A stretch of DNA of 64,000 nt from Somniosus microcephalus (lineage: Eukaryota), in NCBI GenBank assembly GCA_052327205.1, contig CM126205.1, positions 280,984,001 through 281,048,000 on the forward strand, written 5' to 3'. The position numbers and the translations under genes were made by a program. Each line of letters begins with the position of its first letter. The stretch's first letter is position 1. This document shows positions 36,060 to 46,799 of this stretch, piece by piece. The notes below the pieces were generated by a model. It was not told the origin of the DNA. It did not search any database and worked only from the letters and a program-made list of their open reading frames with translations.

Positions 36060-37910
36060 ATGGAGAGGGCCAGGGGGCGAGCACAGCACTTCTGCAAGCA
36101 GGCCTTGGAGGTTCTGGTTGCCGCGGTGGAGCGCAAAAGATCCACTCTGTACCCAGAGAGTGGCAGGAGGCCTTTGCCACGCGAGTATAGAAGAGTGTGG
36201 AGGGAGGTGGCTCAGAGAGTCACCTCAAGCAGCATGGTGCCTAGGACCAATCTGCAATGTAGGAAAAAGTTCAACGACGGGTCGTCAGGGTGAGTGCCTT
36301 TTGTTCAAAACCTCTCCATCCCTCCATCTCAACCTCACTTTATGGCCAGAGGGTCTTAAAAGCCCCAATGCCCAACACTCATCCAACACCTATGGCCCTT
36401 TCATCAAACACACATGCACATTCCACACTTTGCATACAGTAAGGGCTATTCAACTATGGGAGGCATTTCAGGCAAGGCCATGGCTGCATACAGTAAGGGC
36501 TATTCAACTATGGGAGGCATTTCAGGCAAGGCCATGGCTGCATACAGTAAGGGCTATTCAACTATGGGAGGCATTTCAGGCAAGAATATGGCTGTATATT
36601 TACTCAGACGCCGTCCTTTTCCTTGCAGGCCAAGCTGTCTCATAATAGGAGACAGCAGCAACGGACCGGTGGAGGGCGGCCTCAGCTGCAACCCCTCAGC
36701 GAGCTTGAGGAGCGCGTCCACAGGATTGTGGCAAGCCGGGTGATTGGTGCTGTCGCCACTGGAGACGCCGACCCCGTTCTGGACAGCAATGGTAAGGTCA
36801 TCACCTTTTTGTCCTCTCTCCTTCCACTTGTTCCTCACAACTCCAGCCTTTGACACTTTCAATCCAAATCACTAAATCACTGCACTCATGCCTCCCTTGC
36901 TGCCACCCTGTCCTCATGCTAAAGCCACTCTTGTACCTCCCTGCTTTCAGATGGTGATTCACCAGCTGAGGAGACGGGCCCTCAAGCTGCCAGTGGGAGT
37001 GAAGCTGAAGGCGAGGAGGAAGAGGAAGCCGGAGCATCAGCGCCACCCTCTCCCGAGGTAGCCCATGCCCACACTGGGAACACACCTTCCCTGGAGGGGA
37101 GATGGGGGTGAAGCTCCCGGACCCAGCGGGCTGCAGCAACGCGATGGGGGTAGGGAAGCTCGGGGGCCTTCGCCCCGGAGGGAGAGTATGCCATCAAGTC
37201 CTGCTGCACTGGACGCAGAGGAGGAGCAGGTCCTCGCTGAAATGAGCGCCCAGGCGGAGCAAAGGCACACTGAGCTCATGGCTGCAGTGGCAAGGGTGCC
37301 CGAAGCCATTGAATTACTGGCAAGGAGTGTGGAGCACTTCACTGTAGCACAGGCAGATGCCACGCAAATGTTTCATGCTGCAATTCAGTCACTGGTTGCC
37401 ATGACCCCATCTCTGACTGCTCTCATGCAGACTCAGATTGAGGCCACGTGAGCACTGACTGCTGCCATTGTCGCTGGTTCGGACACATTTCCCCGGGGCT
37501 CTCACCGTGCCGCAGCAGGCCAGCAATCTGTGCTCCAGCAGATTGCTCCGGATGCTGAAGTGCTGCCCCGTGGGAGTGCCAGTGTGTCGGTCGAGCAGGG
37601 ACGTGCTGTCCTCTCTCAAGATGACAGCATTCCTGCTGCCACCACTGTCACTTCTCTACTGCACTTGCCACCGCCTGTAGGACAGGCTGCTGCCGCCCAT
37701 GCAGAGTTGGTGCAGTCTGCAGCTGGGCCCTCCAGGCTCAGAGCTGGTCGAGGCCGTCCTTCAAGGGCATCTGCAGTCTCAGGTTGTGACAATCAGCAGC
37801 CTTCCACCAGCCTTGCTGCAGCCACTGGGGTCCCATTACGGAGGAGCATCAGGGTGGGAAGGGGGGAATTTCGCAAGGGAAGCAGATCACCCTCGATGGG
37901 AAAAAAGTAG
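36060..37910 (+). pseudogene. Harbinger Myb/SANT-like gene (exons 36060-36289, 36629-36791, 36951-37910), disabled
   Basis: Collinear with the H2 gene; 7-bp deletion near 36278; further frameshifts and a stop in exon 3. Confidence 0.8.
36434..36595 (+). repeat. 54-bp minisatellite, 3 copies, in Myb-gene intron 1
   Basis: Unit atacagtaagggctattcaactatgggaggcatttcaggcaaggccatggctgc at 36434, 36488, 36542. Confidence 0.95.
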
Positions 37911-38221
37911 GAGGTGTGACAAAAAGTTGTTCATTGTTTTATTAAAGGCCGAGGTTCGTGCTCAAATTTTTTTAACTGCTTTGGACATTGTCTCCAGGTT
38001 GTGAGAGCCAGTAATGTTAATGACTGTTTTATTTTGTGTTTCTTTCTATTAGTTTGTCCTGTGGAAATCAGTCACACAGAGTTTGTAAAATAAATAAGTT
38101 TCTGTATTCAAAATGTACATGTTTGGTCTTTGCAATCATTGTTGCCTTGACCGGCTTAGGGGATGCGGGATGATTTCATTCAGGTTGTTTGAATGGCAGA
38201 AGCCATTTCCTCAGAAGGGGC

Positions 38222-39382
38222 CTAGAAGCAACTTGCTATGAGCTTTTGATGGACGGCCCTTCCACTTTGTACATTGTGTGCCTCCCTCCCGTCTTGGTGC
38301 TGCTGATGATCATCCTCCTCATCTTCCTCCTCCTCTTCCTCTTCCTCCTCTGGTGGTGCTCCAATGTCTGGTGGCATTGGCTGGGTCCTGAGGATTGCAA
38401 GGTTATGCAGCATGCAGCACACAACAACGAAGTGGAAGACTCGCTCAGGCGAGTACTGCAGGGCTCCTCCAGAATGGTCCAGACAGCGGAACCGTTGCTT
38501 GAGCACGCCGATTGTGTGCTCAACGATGTTCCTGGTAGCTTGATGGCTCTTGTTGTATCGCAGCTCAGCAGGGGTGTTGGGCGAACGGAGCGGTGTCATC
38601 AGCCAGGTGCACAGTGGATATCCCTTGTCCCCGAGAAGCCAACCACCTGGGTGATGCGGTGCCTGGAAAAGGTCTGCCACAGAAGTCTGGCGCAGGATGA
38701 CGGCATCGTGGCTGCTGCCAGGAAAGTGGGCATTGACAGCGAGTATCAGCTGTCTGTGGTCACAGACCAACTGAACGTTTAAGGAATGGAAGCCCTTTCG
38801 GTTGTGGAAATCCTCGGCATTCTCTTGCGGCGCACGCAAAGCCACATGCGTGCAGTCAATGGCGCCCTGCACCATGGGGAAGCCCGCTATCATCGCAAAG
38901 CCCATTGCGCGCTCTTGCTGCTTGTCCAGGGTCATGGGGAAAGAGATGTACTCTCGTCTCCTTTTAAAGAGGGTATTTGTGACCTGACGGATGCAGCAAT
39001 GCACCATGAACTGGGAGATATTGGCGATGTCCCCAGTAGCTGATTGAAATGAGCCGGTGGCATAAAAGTTGAGAGCTACTGTTATCTTCACTGCAACCGA
39101 CAGAGACATCCTGCTCCTCAGTTGAGGCTGCAGATCTGGCTGAAGCAGGTGACAGAGCTCCGTGACCACCTCCTTGCTGAAGCGCAGCCTTCGCAAACAC
39201 TGCTCCTCAGACATATTAATGTAGGAGAACTGTTGGTGAAAAACCCTGGGAGGGTAAGGTCTCCTGTACAGAGGCCTGTTGGCCCTCCTCCATCTGGCCA
39301 TGATTGCCACTCTCTCTCTGCATCTCTGTGCTCTCCGAATGTGATGGAGAAGGACAATGTCCCCATCCATTGCAGCCCCCAT
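38222..39382 (-). CDS. Harbinger DDE transposase, uninterrupted ORF (386 aa from MGAAM)
   Basis: [56 protein letters not shown]; ATG position shared with H2. Confidence 0.9.
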   Translation of the reverse strand: MGAAMDGDIVLLHHIRRAQRCRERVAIMARWRRANRPLYRRPYPPRVFHQQFSYINMSEEQCLRRLRFSKEVVTELCHLLQPDLQPQLRSRMSLSVAVKITVALNFYATGSFQSATGDIANISQFMVHCCIRQVTNTLFKRRREYISFPMTLDKQQERAMGFAMIAGFPMVQGAIDCTHVALRAPQENAEDFHNRKGFHSLNVQLVCDHRQLILAVNAHFPGSSHDAVILRQTSVADLFQAPHHPGGWLLGDKGYPLCTWLMTPLRSPNTPAELRYNKSHQATRNIVEHTIGVLKQRFRCLDHSGGALQYSPERVFHFVVVCCMLHNLAILRTQPMPPDIGAPPEEEEEEEEEDEEDDHQQHQDGREAHNVQSGRAVHQKLIASCF

Positions 39383-39617
39383 AGTATCTAGGCAATCAAA
39401 GTTATGAAGGTCGAAAACCAAAGTACCTGCAAAGTTATGGTCAGACGCCAAAACTACCTCAGACAGCGTTGACTCAATGCAGAAGTCTCTCTTTCTCTCT
39501 CTCAAAATCTCTCTCTCTCAGAACGAGTGGTGCAAAAATGGCTACCACACAAAAGCCAGGAAGAGGCCCCCTTTAAATAGCGCCACCCCCCCCCCCCCAG
39601 CCCCACAGTGACTGGGA

Positions 39618-41228
39618 AACATACAAGATAGGAGCAGAAGTAGGCCATTCGGCCCTTCGAGCCTGCTCCGCCATTCAATGAGATCATGGCTGATCATTCA
39701 AATTCAGTACCCTGTCCCTGCCTTCTCTCCATATCCCTTGATCCCTTTAGCCTTAAGAAATATATCCAACTCTTTCTTGAATACATTTAATGAACTGGCC
39801 TCCACCGCCCTCTGTGGCAGAGAATTCCACAGGTTCACCACTCTCTGGGTGAAGAAATTCCTCCTCATTTCAGTCCTAAATGTCCTACCCCTTATCCTTA
39901 GACTATGACCCCTGGTTCTGGACTCCCTGACCATCGGGAACATCCTTCCAGCATCTAGTCTGTCCAGGCCTGACAGAATTTTATAGGTTTCGATGAGATC
40001 CCCTCTCAATCTTCTAAACTCCAGTGAGTATAAGCCCAATCGACACAATCTCTCCTCATACGTCATTCCTGCCATCCCAGGTATCAGCCTGGTGAATCTT
40101 TGCTGCACTCCTTCCATGGCAAGAACGTCCTTCCTCAGGTAAGGCGACCAAAACTGCACACAATACTCAAGGTGCGGTCTCACCAAGGCCCTGTACAACT
40201 GTAGCAAGACATCCTTGTTCCTGTACTCGAACCCTCTTGCTACGAAGGCCAACATACCATTTGCATTCTTAACCGCCTGCTGCACCTGCATGCTTACCTT
40301 CAGCGACTGGTGCACAAGAACACCCAGGTCTCTTTGCACTTCCCCTTCTCCCAATCTATTGCCATTCAAATAATAATGTGCCTTCCTGTTTTTGCCACCA
40401 AAGTGGATAACCTCATATTTATCCACATTATAGTGCATTTGCCATGTTTCTGCCCAATCACCTAACCTGTCCAAATCGTACTGGAGTTTCATGACACCCT
40501 CCTCGCAGCATACCCTCCCACCCAGCTTTGTGTCGTCTGCAAATTTGGAGATATTACATCCAGTTCCCTCGTCCAGATCATTAATATATATTGTGAACAG
40601 CTGGGGTCCTAGGACCAATCCTTGCGGTACCCCACTAGTCACTGCCTGCTACTTGGAAAACGACCCGTTTATTCCAACTCTTTGCTTTCTGTCCGCCAAC
40701 CAGTTCTCTATCCAAGTCAATACCTTGCCCCCAATCCCATGTGCCTTAATTTTGCACGCTAATCTCTTATGCGGGATCTTATCGAAAGCCTTCTGAAAGT
40801 CCAAATACACCACACCCACTGGTTCTCCCTTATCTATTTTACCAGTTACATCCTCAAAAAATTCCAGTAGATTAGTCAAGCATGATTTACCTTTTGTAAA
40901 TCCATGTTGACTTTGTCCGATCCTGTCACTGCTTTCCAAGTGCTCTGCTATTACATCTTTTATAATGGACTCTAGCATTTTCCCCACTACCGATGTCAGG
41001 CTTACCGGTCTATAATTCCCCGCTTTTTCTCTGCCACCTTTTTTGAATAGTGGGGTAACATTAGCTACCTTCCAATCCATGGGTACTGTTCCAGAGTCTA
41101 TCGAGTTCTGGAAGATGACCAGCAATGCATCTACTATTTCTAGGGCCACTTCCTTAAGTACCCTGGGATGTAGATTATCAGGCCCTGGGGATTTATCGGC
41201 CTTCAGTCCCATCAATTTTCCTAACACC
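39618..41228 (-). mobile_element. CR1 LINE, 5'-truncated, inserted in the H3 subterminal region
   Basis: KSPGPDNLHPRVLKE...NYRPVSLTS...SKFADDTKL; one stop; same subfamily as 46800-48560. Confidence 0.92.
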
Positions 41229-41743
41229 AGGCAGAAAGGAGGGGGGCGCCACTCAATTTCCATCCTGGGGTGTCACAAGGGCATTGCACTCTCGAATGAC
41301 GTCAAGATCTGCGTGCGCAGGAGATCGGGCGGTATTGTTTAGCGCCGCCGCAAAATGTCCGGTCAATTTCGCGAGAAGCACAGATATCGCCACGCCCGGG
41401 CGCTAGTTGCGTTGCGCCCCATTAGCGCCCTCTTAAGGCGCTAACGGGAGGTGCAAACCAGCTGAATTTTCCCCCCATTGAGTACAAAAGTAGAGAGGTT
41501 ATGCTGAACCTTTATAAAGCGCTGGTTAGGTCACAACTGGAGTATTGCGTCCAGTTCTGGTCACCACACTTTAGGAAGGATGTGAAGGCACTTGAGAGGG
41601 TGCAGAGGAGATTTACCAGAATGGTTCCGGGGATGGGGGATCTTAGCTACAAGGACAGGTTGGAGAAGCTGGATTTGTTTTCATTGGAGCAAAGGAGGTT
41701 GAGGGGTGATTTGATAGAGGTGTACAAGATTATGACGGGTTTA

Positions 41744-44700
41744 TTATGCCTATCAATTCATCCAATGAAAAGCGACGAGTTAAGAAAGTAACTATAGGTT
41801 TTTATTGGCTAAATAACAGAGCCCACCCTCGTGGGTGATCGGATCCAACAAGGAGGAATACCAGCCAGTCGACCACCTTTATACCTGGGCAGGTAGGTGG
41901 AGCCATGGGCGGAGTCAGCAGTGGTCAACCCAGGTATAACAGCGTGACAAGAGGCGACCTCGTATAGTGATACAACAGTGTGAACAGTGATAACCATAGA
42001 GTAACGATATAACAGTGATAACTATAGTGTAACGATAGTGAACGACAAAAGTGGTTTACCACATTCACCCCTTGTTTAGATTTGAGTCCGGCGGGGTGAT
42101 GTGTACTACCAGTTCTGGTATGTCAGTCTGTCCGGAGGCCTCGTAAGCCTTTCCGATCGTCGCAGCGGCGGTGTTGCATTCTCCGGTGGTGATGCTGGTG
42201 TCTGCGTGGTCGGCGAGGGCTCGTGGGGTTCCGGCATGCCGTCTACCTGAGCTGGAATCGGGGGGGGGGGGGGTGGGGGGGGTGAAGGTGGTGTCTCCGG
42301 AATGCTCGAGGGTGCGAGGTCTCGCAAGGAGACTGTGTCCTCCCGCCCGTCTGGGTATGCCACATAGGCGTACTGAGGGTTGGCGTGCAGGAGGTTCACC
42401 CTCTCGACCAGGGGGTCCGTTTTATGGGCCCTCACGTGCTTTCGCAGCAGGACGGACCCCGGAGAGGTCAGCCAGGTTGGTAGTGTGGTTCCCGTAGTCG
42501 ACTTCCTGGGGAAAACAAACATTCGTTCATGGGGGGTGGCGTTAATGGCAGTGCAGAGTAGTGACCGGATGGAATGCAGCGCTGCCGGGAGGACTTCCTG
42601 CCAGCGGGAGGTTGGGAGGCCCTTAGACTTTAAGGCTAAGAGGACGGCCTTCCATACAGTCGCGTTCTCTCTTTCCACCTGGCCGTTCCCTCGAGGGTTG
42701 TAGCTGGTGGTCCTGCTTGCAGCAATACCTCTTGCTAGTAGGAACTGGCGGAGTTCCTCGCTCATGACGGAGGAGCCCCGGTCACTATGTATATAGTTTG
42801 GGAACCCGAACAAGGCGAAGAGGTCGTTCAGGCATTTAATGACCGTGGTACTGGTCATGTCTGGGCAGGGGAAGGCGAAGGGGAAGCGGGAGTACTCATC
42901 AACAATGTTGAGGAAGTACACATTACGGTCAGAGGACAGGAGGGGCCCCTTAAAATCGATGCTCAAGCGCTCGAAGGGGCGGGTGGCCTTGATCAGGCTT
43001 GCTCTGTCCGGCCTAAAGAAATGCGGTTTGCACTCGGCACAGGTCTGGCAGTTCCTGGTCATGGTCCTGACCTCCTCGATGGAGTAGGGCAGGTTGCGGG
43101 CCTGAATGAAGTGGTAAAGTCTGGTGACTCCGGGGTGGCAGAGGTCGTTGTGGAGGGTCTGAAGTCTATCAATTTGCGCGTTGGCGCATGTAATTCGTGA
43201 TAGAGCATCAGGGGGTTCGTTCAGCTTACCTGGCCGGTACAAGATATCATAATCATAGGTGGAGAGTTCGATTCTCCACCTCAAGATCTTGTCGTTCTTG
43301 ATTTTACCCCTCAGCTTGTTATTAAACATAAAAGCGACCGAACGCTGGTCGGTGAGGAGGGTAAATCGTTTGCCTGCCAGGTAGTGCCTCCAGCATCGTA
43401 CAGCCTCCACAATCGCCTGGGCCTCCTTCTCGACCGACGAGTGTCGGATCTCAGGGCCCTGTAGGGTCCTTGAGAAGAAGGCCACCGGTCTCCCCTCCTG
43501 GTTAAGGGTAGCGGCTAGGGCGAAGTCGGATGCATCGCTCTCCACTTGGAAGGGGATGGACTCATCCACCGCGTGCATTGTGGCCTTAGCAATGTCTCCC
43601 TTAATGAGGGAGAAGGCAGCGCATGCTTCCTCCGTAAGGGGGAAGGATGTGGACTTCATGAGGGGTCTGGCTTTGTCCGCATAATTGGGCACCCATTGGG
43701 CATAGTAGGCGAAGAGCCCCAGGGTTCTCTTCAGCGCCTTTGGGCAGTGGGGGAGGGGTAACTCCATGAGGGGGCGCATTCTTTCGGGGTCGGGGCCGAT
43801 GAGTCCGTCCTCTACTACGCAGCCGAGGATGGCAAGGCGTGAGGTGTTAAACACACATTTCTCCTTATTGTAGGTGAGGTTCAGCCGTTGGGCCGTACGG
43901 AGGAATCTCTCTAGATTAACATCATGGTCCTGCCGGTCGCGGCCGCAGATGGTGACGTTATCTAGATAGGGGAACGTGGCGTGCAGCCCATTCTGGTCAA
44001 CCATCCGGTCCATCTCCCTTTGGAAGACCGAAACCCCGTTGGTGACGCCGAAGGGAACCCTAAGGAAGTGGTAGAGGCGGCCATTCGCCTCGAAGGCGGT
44101 ATACTGGCGGTCCTCAGGGCGGATAGGGAGTTGGTGGTAGGCCGACTTAAGGTCGATGGTAGAGAATACTCGGTATTGTGCAATCTGATTGACCATATCA
44201 GATATGCGGGGAAGGGGGTATGCGTCCAGCTGGGTGTACCGGTTTATGGTCTGGCTGTAGTCGATGACCAGGCGGTTTTTATTGCCGGTCTTAACGACCA
44301 CGACCTGGGCACGCCAGGGGCTGCTCTTCCCCTCAATGATGCCCTCCTTCAGGAGACGCTGCACCTCAGAGCTAATGAAGGCTCTGTCCCCGGCGCTGTA
44401 CCGCCTGCTCTTGGTAGCGACGGGTTTGCAGTCGGGGGTGAGGTTAGCGAACAGGGAAGGTCGCGGGACCTTGAGGGTGGATAGGCCGCAGGTGTTACGC
44501 GGTGGGCGGTTTAAAGGCTGCTGGTTGTCGACTGTGAGTGGGGGGAGGGGTCCGCCGTATGCTAGAGTGACGCTTTGGAGGTGGGATTGGAAGTCCAGCC
44601 CTAGTAGGACGGCAGCGCAGAGCTGGGGGAGGACGAGGAGTTTAAAATTTTTATACTCCGTGCCCTTAACCGACAGGGTCACGACACAGTAGCCGCTGAT

Positions 44701-46427
44701 GTCTGTGGCGTGGGACCTCGATGCCATCGAGATCCGGTTGCGCGTTGGCCGGACAGTGAGGGAGGTGTGGCTCACCGTGTCTGGGTGGATGAAACTCTCC
44801 GTGCTTCCGCTGTCGAACAGGCAGGTCGTGGCGCGGCCGTTTACTTTGATGTCCATCATGGACTTGGACAGGTGGTGCGGGCGGGCTTGGTCCAGTGTGA
44901 CGGAGGCTAGTGTGTGGCTCAGCGAGCTGCTGTAGTCTGCGGGTGAGGCGGTGGTCGAGTCCGGAGGCGAAGTGGCGGTCGAGCGTGGAGGGTGAAATGG
45001 CAGCGCCCACGAGGTTGGACAAAATGGCGGAGAAGATGGCTGCCCCCACAACTCACATGAGGCACTGCTGGTGTCGGTTGCCTGGATCAAAGATGGCCGC
45101 CCCCATGACTCACACGTGGGGATACTGGCATCTGTGGCCTTGATGGAAGATGGCCGCCCCCACAACTCGCATGAGGCACTGCTGGCCTCTTTTGATCTCT
45201 GTTGGCCTCTGCAGGCCTTAGCAAAGTGGCCTTTCTTCAGGCAGCTTGAGCACGTCGCGTTTCTCGCTGGGCAGCGCGCCCTAGTATGTTTCGCCTGGCC
45301 GCAGAAGAAGCAGCCAGCGGCCCGATCGCGGGGGTCCGAAGTCGCAGCCGGTACCGGGGGTGGCGGTCCCGATCGGGTCCGGGATGCCGACGCAGAGGTA
45401 GGTCCCAGGGGCGGCGCTGCGAGGGGTATCGCAGTCGGGGTCGGTCCCGAGTCCCAGGGTCGCAAATTACTGTACCTGGAGTACGCCTCGAGGTCCCGAT
45501 GGGCCACTTCTAGGGAGCGAGCGAGGGCTGCAGCTGTGTTCAGGTCAAGGTCCTTTGCTTCAAGAGGTCTTTGCCGTGTGTAGTCGGACCGCAGGCCTTT
45601 CACGAAGGCATCGCGGACATTATCTTCAGTATTTTCTGCCGCTGATACCGCTTTAAAGTCACAGTCCCTGCCGAGTGCTTGTAGCGCCCGTAAAAATTCA
45701 TCTACCGACTCTCCTGGCTGTTGCGGGCGGGATCTTAGGAGGTGTCTGGCAAACATGGAGTTTACCGGGCTCCGGTACTGTTGTTTCAGCAGGTTGATGG
45801 CGGCTTCGTATGTTTTAAGGTCCCGGATGAGTGCGAATACTTTAGGGCTCACTTGGGCGGTCAGAACCCTTAGCATGGATTTCTGAGGCACGCCGGATTC
45901 TCCCAGGTAGGATTCGAAACAGCTCAGCCAGTGTTCGAAGTCGAGGGCTGAGTTTGCTGCCTGTGGGTTTAGATCCAGGTACGGTGGTCGGAGGGCTCGC
46001 AGCCAGGCTGGCTGCTGTGGCTGTTGTAGCTGGGCGTCTGGCTGGTCGCTTGGCTGGTCGTTTGACTGCTCAAGTGTCGACATTTTAAAATTTAGCCAAT
46101 AAAATTGATATACCTATCAATTCATCCAATGAGAAGCGACGAGTTAAGAAAGTAACTATAGGTTTTTATTGGCTAAATAACAGAGCCCACCCTCGTGGGT
46201 GATCGGATCCAACAAGGAGGAATACCAGCCAGTCGACCACCTTTATACCTGGGCAGGTAGGTGGAGCCATGGGCGGAGTCAGCAGTGGTCAGCCCAGGTA
46301 TAACAGCGTGACAAGAGGCGACCTCGTATAGTGATACAACAGTGTGAACAGTGATAACCATAGAGTAACGATATAACAGTGATAACTATAGTGTAACGAT
46401 AGTGAACGACAAAAGTGGTTTACCACA
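41744..46427 (-). mobile_element. Full-length young Gypsy LTR retrotransposon
   Basis: 5' LTR 46106-46427 (TG..CA); 3' LTR approx. 41745-42063, about 3 substitutions between LTRs; PPT 42064-42076; left junction has lost the terminal bases and the TSD. Confidence 0.95.
42106..46083 (-). CDS. Single-frame Gag-Pol polyprotein, 1325 aa, intact
   Basis: Two zinc knuckles (CFFCGQAKHTRARC, CSSCLKKGHFAKAC), protease LFDSGS, RT (IDLKSAYHQ, YLDN), RNase H (ESDAS), integrase HHCC and DDE, in Gypsy order. Confidence 0.95.
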   Translation of the reverse strand: MSTLEQSNDQPSDQPDAQLQQPQQPAWLRALRPPYLDLNPQAANSALDFEHWLSCFESYLGESGVPQKSMLRVLTAQVSPKVFALIRDLKTYEAAINLLKQQYRSPVNSMFARHLLRSRPQQPGESVDEFLRALQALGRDCDFKAVSAAENTEDNVRDAFVKGLRSDYTRQRPLEAKDLDLNTAAALARSLEVAHRDLEAYSRYSNLRPWDSGPTPTAIPLAAPPLGPTSASASRTRSGPPPPVPAATSDPRDRAAGCFFCGQAKHTRARCPARNATCSSCLKKGHFAKACRGQQRSKEASSASCELWGRPSSIKATDASIPTCESWGRPSLIQATDTSSASCELWGQPSSPPFCPTSWALPFHPPRSTATSPPDSTTASPADYSSSLSHTLASVTLDQARPHHLSKSMMDIKVNGRATTCLFDSGSTESFIHPDTVSHTSLTVRPTRNRISMASRSHATDISGYCVVTLSVKGTEYKNFKLLVLPQLCAAVLLGLDFQSHLQSVTLAYGGPLPPLTVDNQQPLNRPPRNTCGLSTLKVPRPSLFANLTPDCKPVATKSRRYSAGDRAFISSEVQRLLKEGIIEGKSSPWRAQVVVVKTGNKNRLVIDYSQTINRYTQLDAYPLPRISDMVNQIAQYRVFSTIDLKSAYHQLPIRPEDRQYTAFEANGRLYHFLRVPFGVTNGVSVFQREMDRMVDQNGLHATFPYLDNVTICGRDRQDHDVNLERFLRTAQRLNLTYNKEKCVFNTSRLAILGCVVEDGLIGPDPERMRPLMELPLPHCPKALKRTLGLFAYYAQWVPNYADKARPLMKSTSFPLTEEACAAFSLIKGDIAKATMHAVDESIPFQVESDASDFALAATLNQEGRPVAFFSRTLQGPEIRHSSVEKEAQAIVEAVRCWRHYLAGKRFTLLTDQRSVAFMFNNKLRGKIKNDKILRWRIELSTYDYDILYRPGKLNEPPDALSRITCANAQIDRLQTLHNDLCHPGVTRLYHFIQARNLPYSIEEVRTMTRNCQTCAECKPHFFRPDRASLIKATRPFERLSIDFKGPLLSSDRNVYFLNIVDEYSRFPFAFPCPDMTSTTVIKCLNDLFALFGFPNYIHSDRGSSVMSEELRQFLLARGIAASRTTSYNPRGNGQVERENATVWKAVLLALKSKGLPTSRWQEVLPAALHSIRSLLCTAINATPHERMFVFPRKSTTGTTLPTWLTSPGSVLLRKHVRAHKTDPLVERVNLLHANPQYAYVAYPDGREDTVSLRDLAPSSIPETPPSPPPPPPPPIPAQVDGMPEPHEPSPTTQTPASPPENATPPLRRSERLTRPPDRLTYQNW

Positions 46428-46799
46428 GATAGGCTAGAAGGGGAAAGGCTGTTCCCACTAGTTGATGGTACAAGGACTAGGGGACACAGATTTGGGTTTT
46501 GGGCAAGAGATACAGGGGGGACGTGAGGAAAAACTTTCTTACGCAGCGAGTGGTGAGGACCTGGAACTCGCTGCCGACAGAAGTGGTGGAAGCGGAGACG
46601 CTCAATGTTTTCAAGGGGAGATTGGATAGGCACTTGAGGGAAATAAACTTGCACGGCTACTGGGATAGAGCGGGGGACTGGGACTGATTGGATTGCTCTA
46701 CAGAGAGCCGGCATGGACTCGATGGGCCGAATGGCCTCCTTCTGTGCCGTTATGACTCTATGACTTTCTTTCTTCCTTGTTTTAACATTTGTTTTAACT

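Larger units (their letters stand above)
35710..41476. mobile_element. Harbinger H3 (relative of H2), containing a CR1 insertion
   Basis: TIRs GGGGAAAAATTCAG / CTGAATTTTCCCCCC; TSD ATT (35707-35709, 41477-41479) within the host CR1. Confidence 0.92.
35602..46766 (+). mobile_element. CR1 LINE split into three pieces (35602-35709, 41477-41743, 46428-46766) by Harbinger H3 and Gypsy
   Basis: Reading frame joins across both insertions (INRGI|EYKSREVMLNLY; IMTGL|DRLEGERLF); tail tatgactctatgact. Confidence 0.88.

Noticed and set aside
42171-45583. Numerous plus-strand ORFs antisense to gag-pol (likewise over the Penelope, CR1, Harbinger and BEL ORFs)
   Set aside because: Shadow ORFs of GC-rich coding sequence with no independent motifs.
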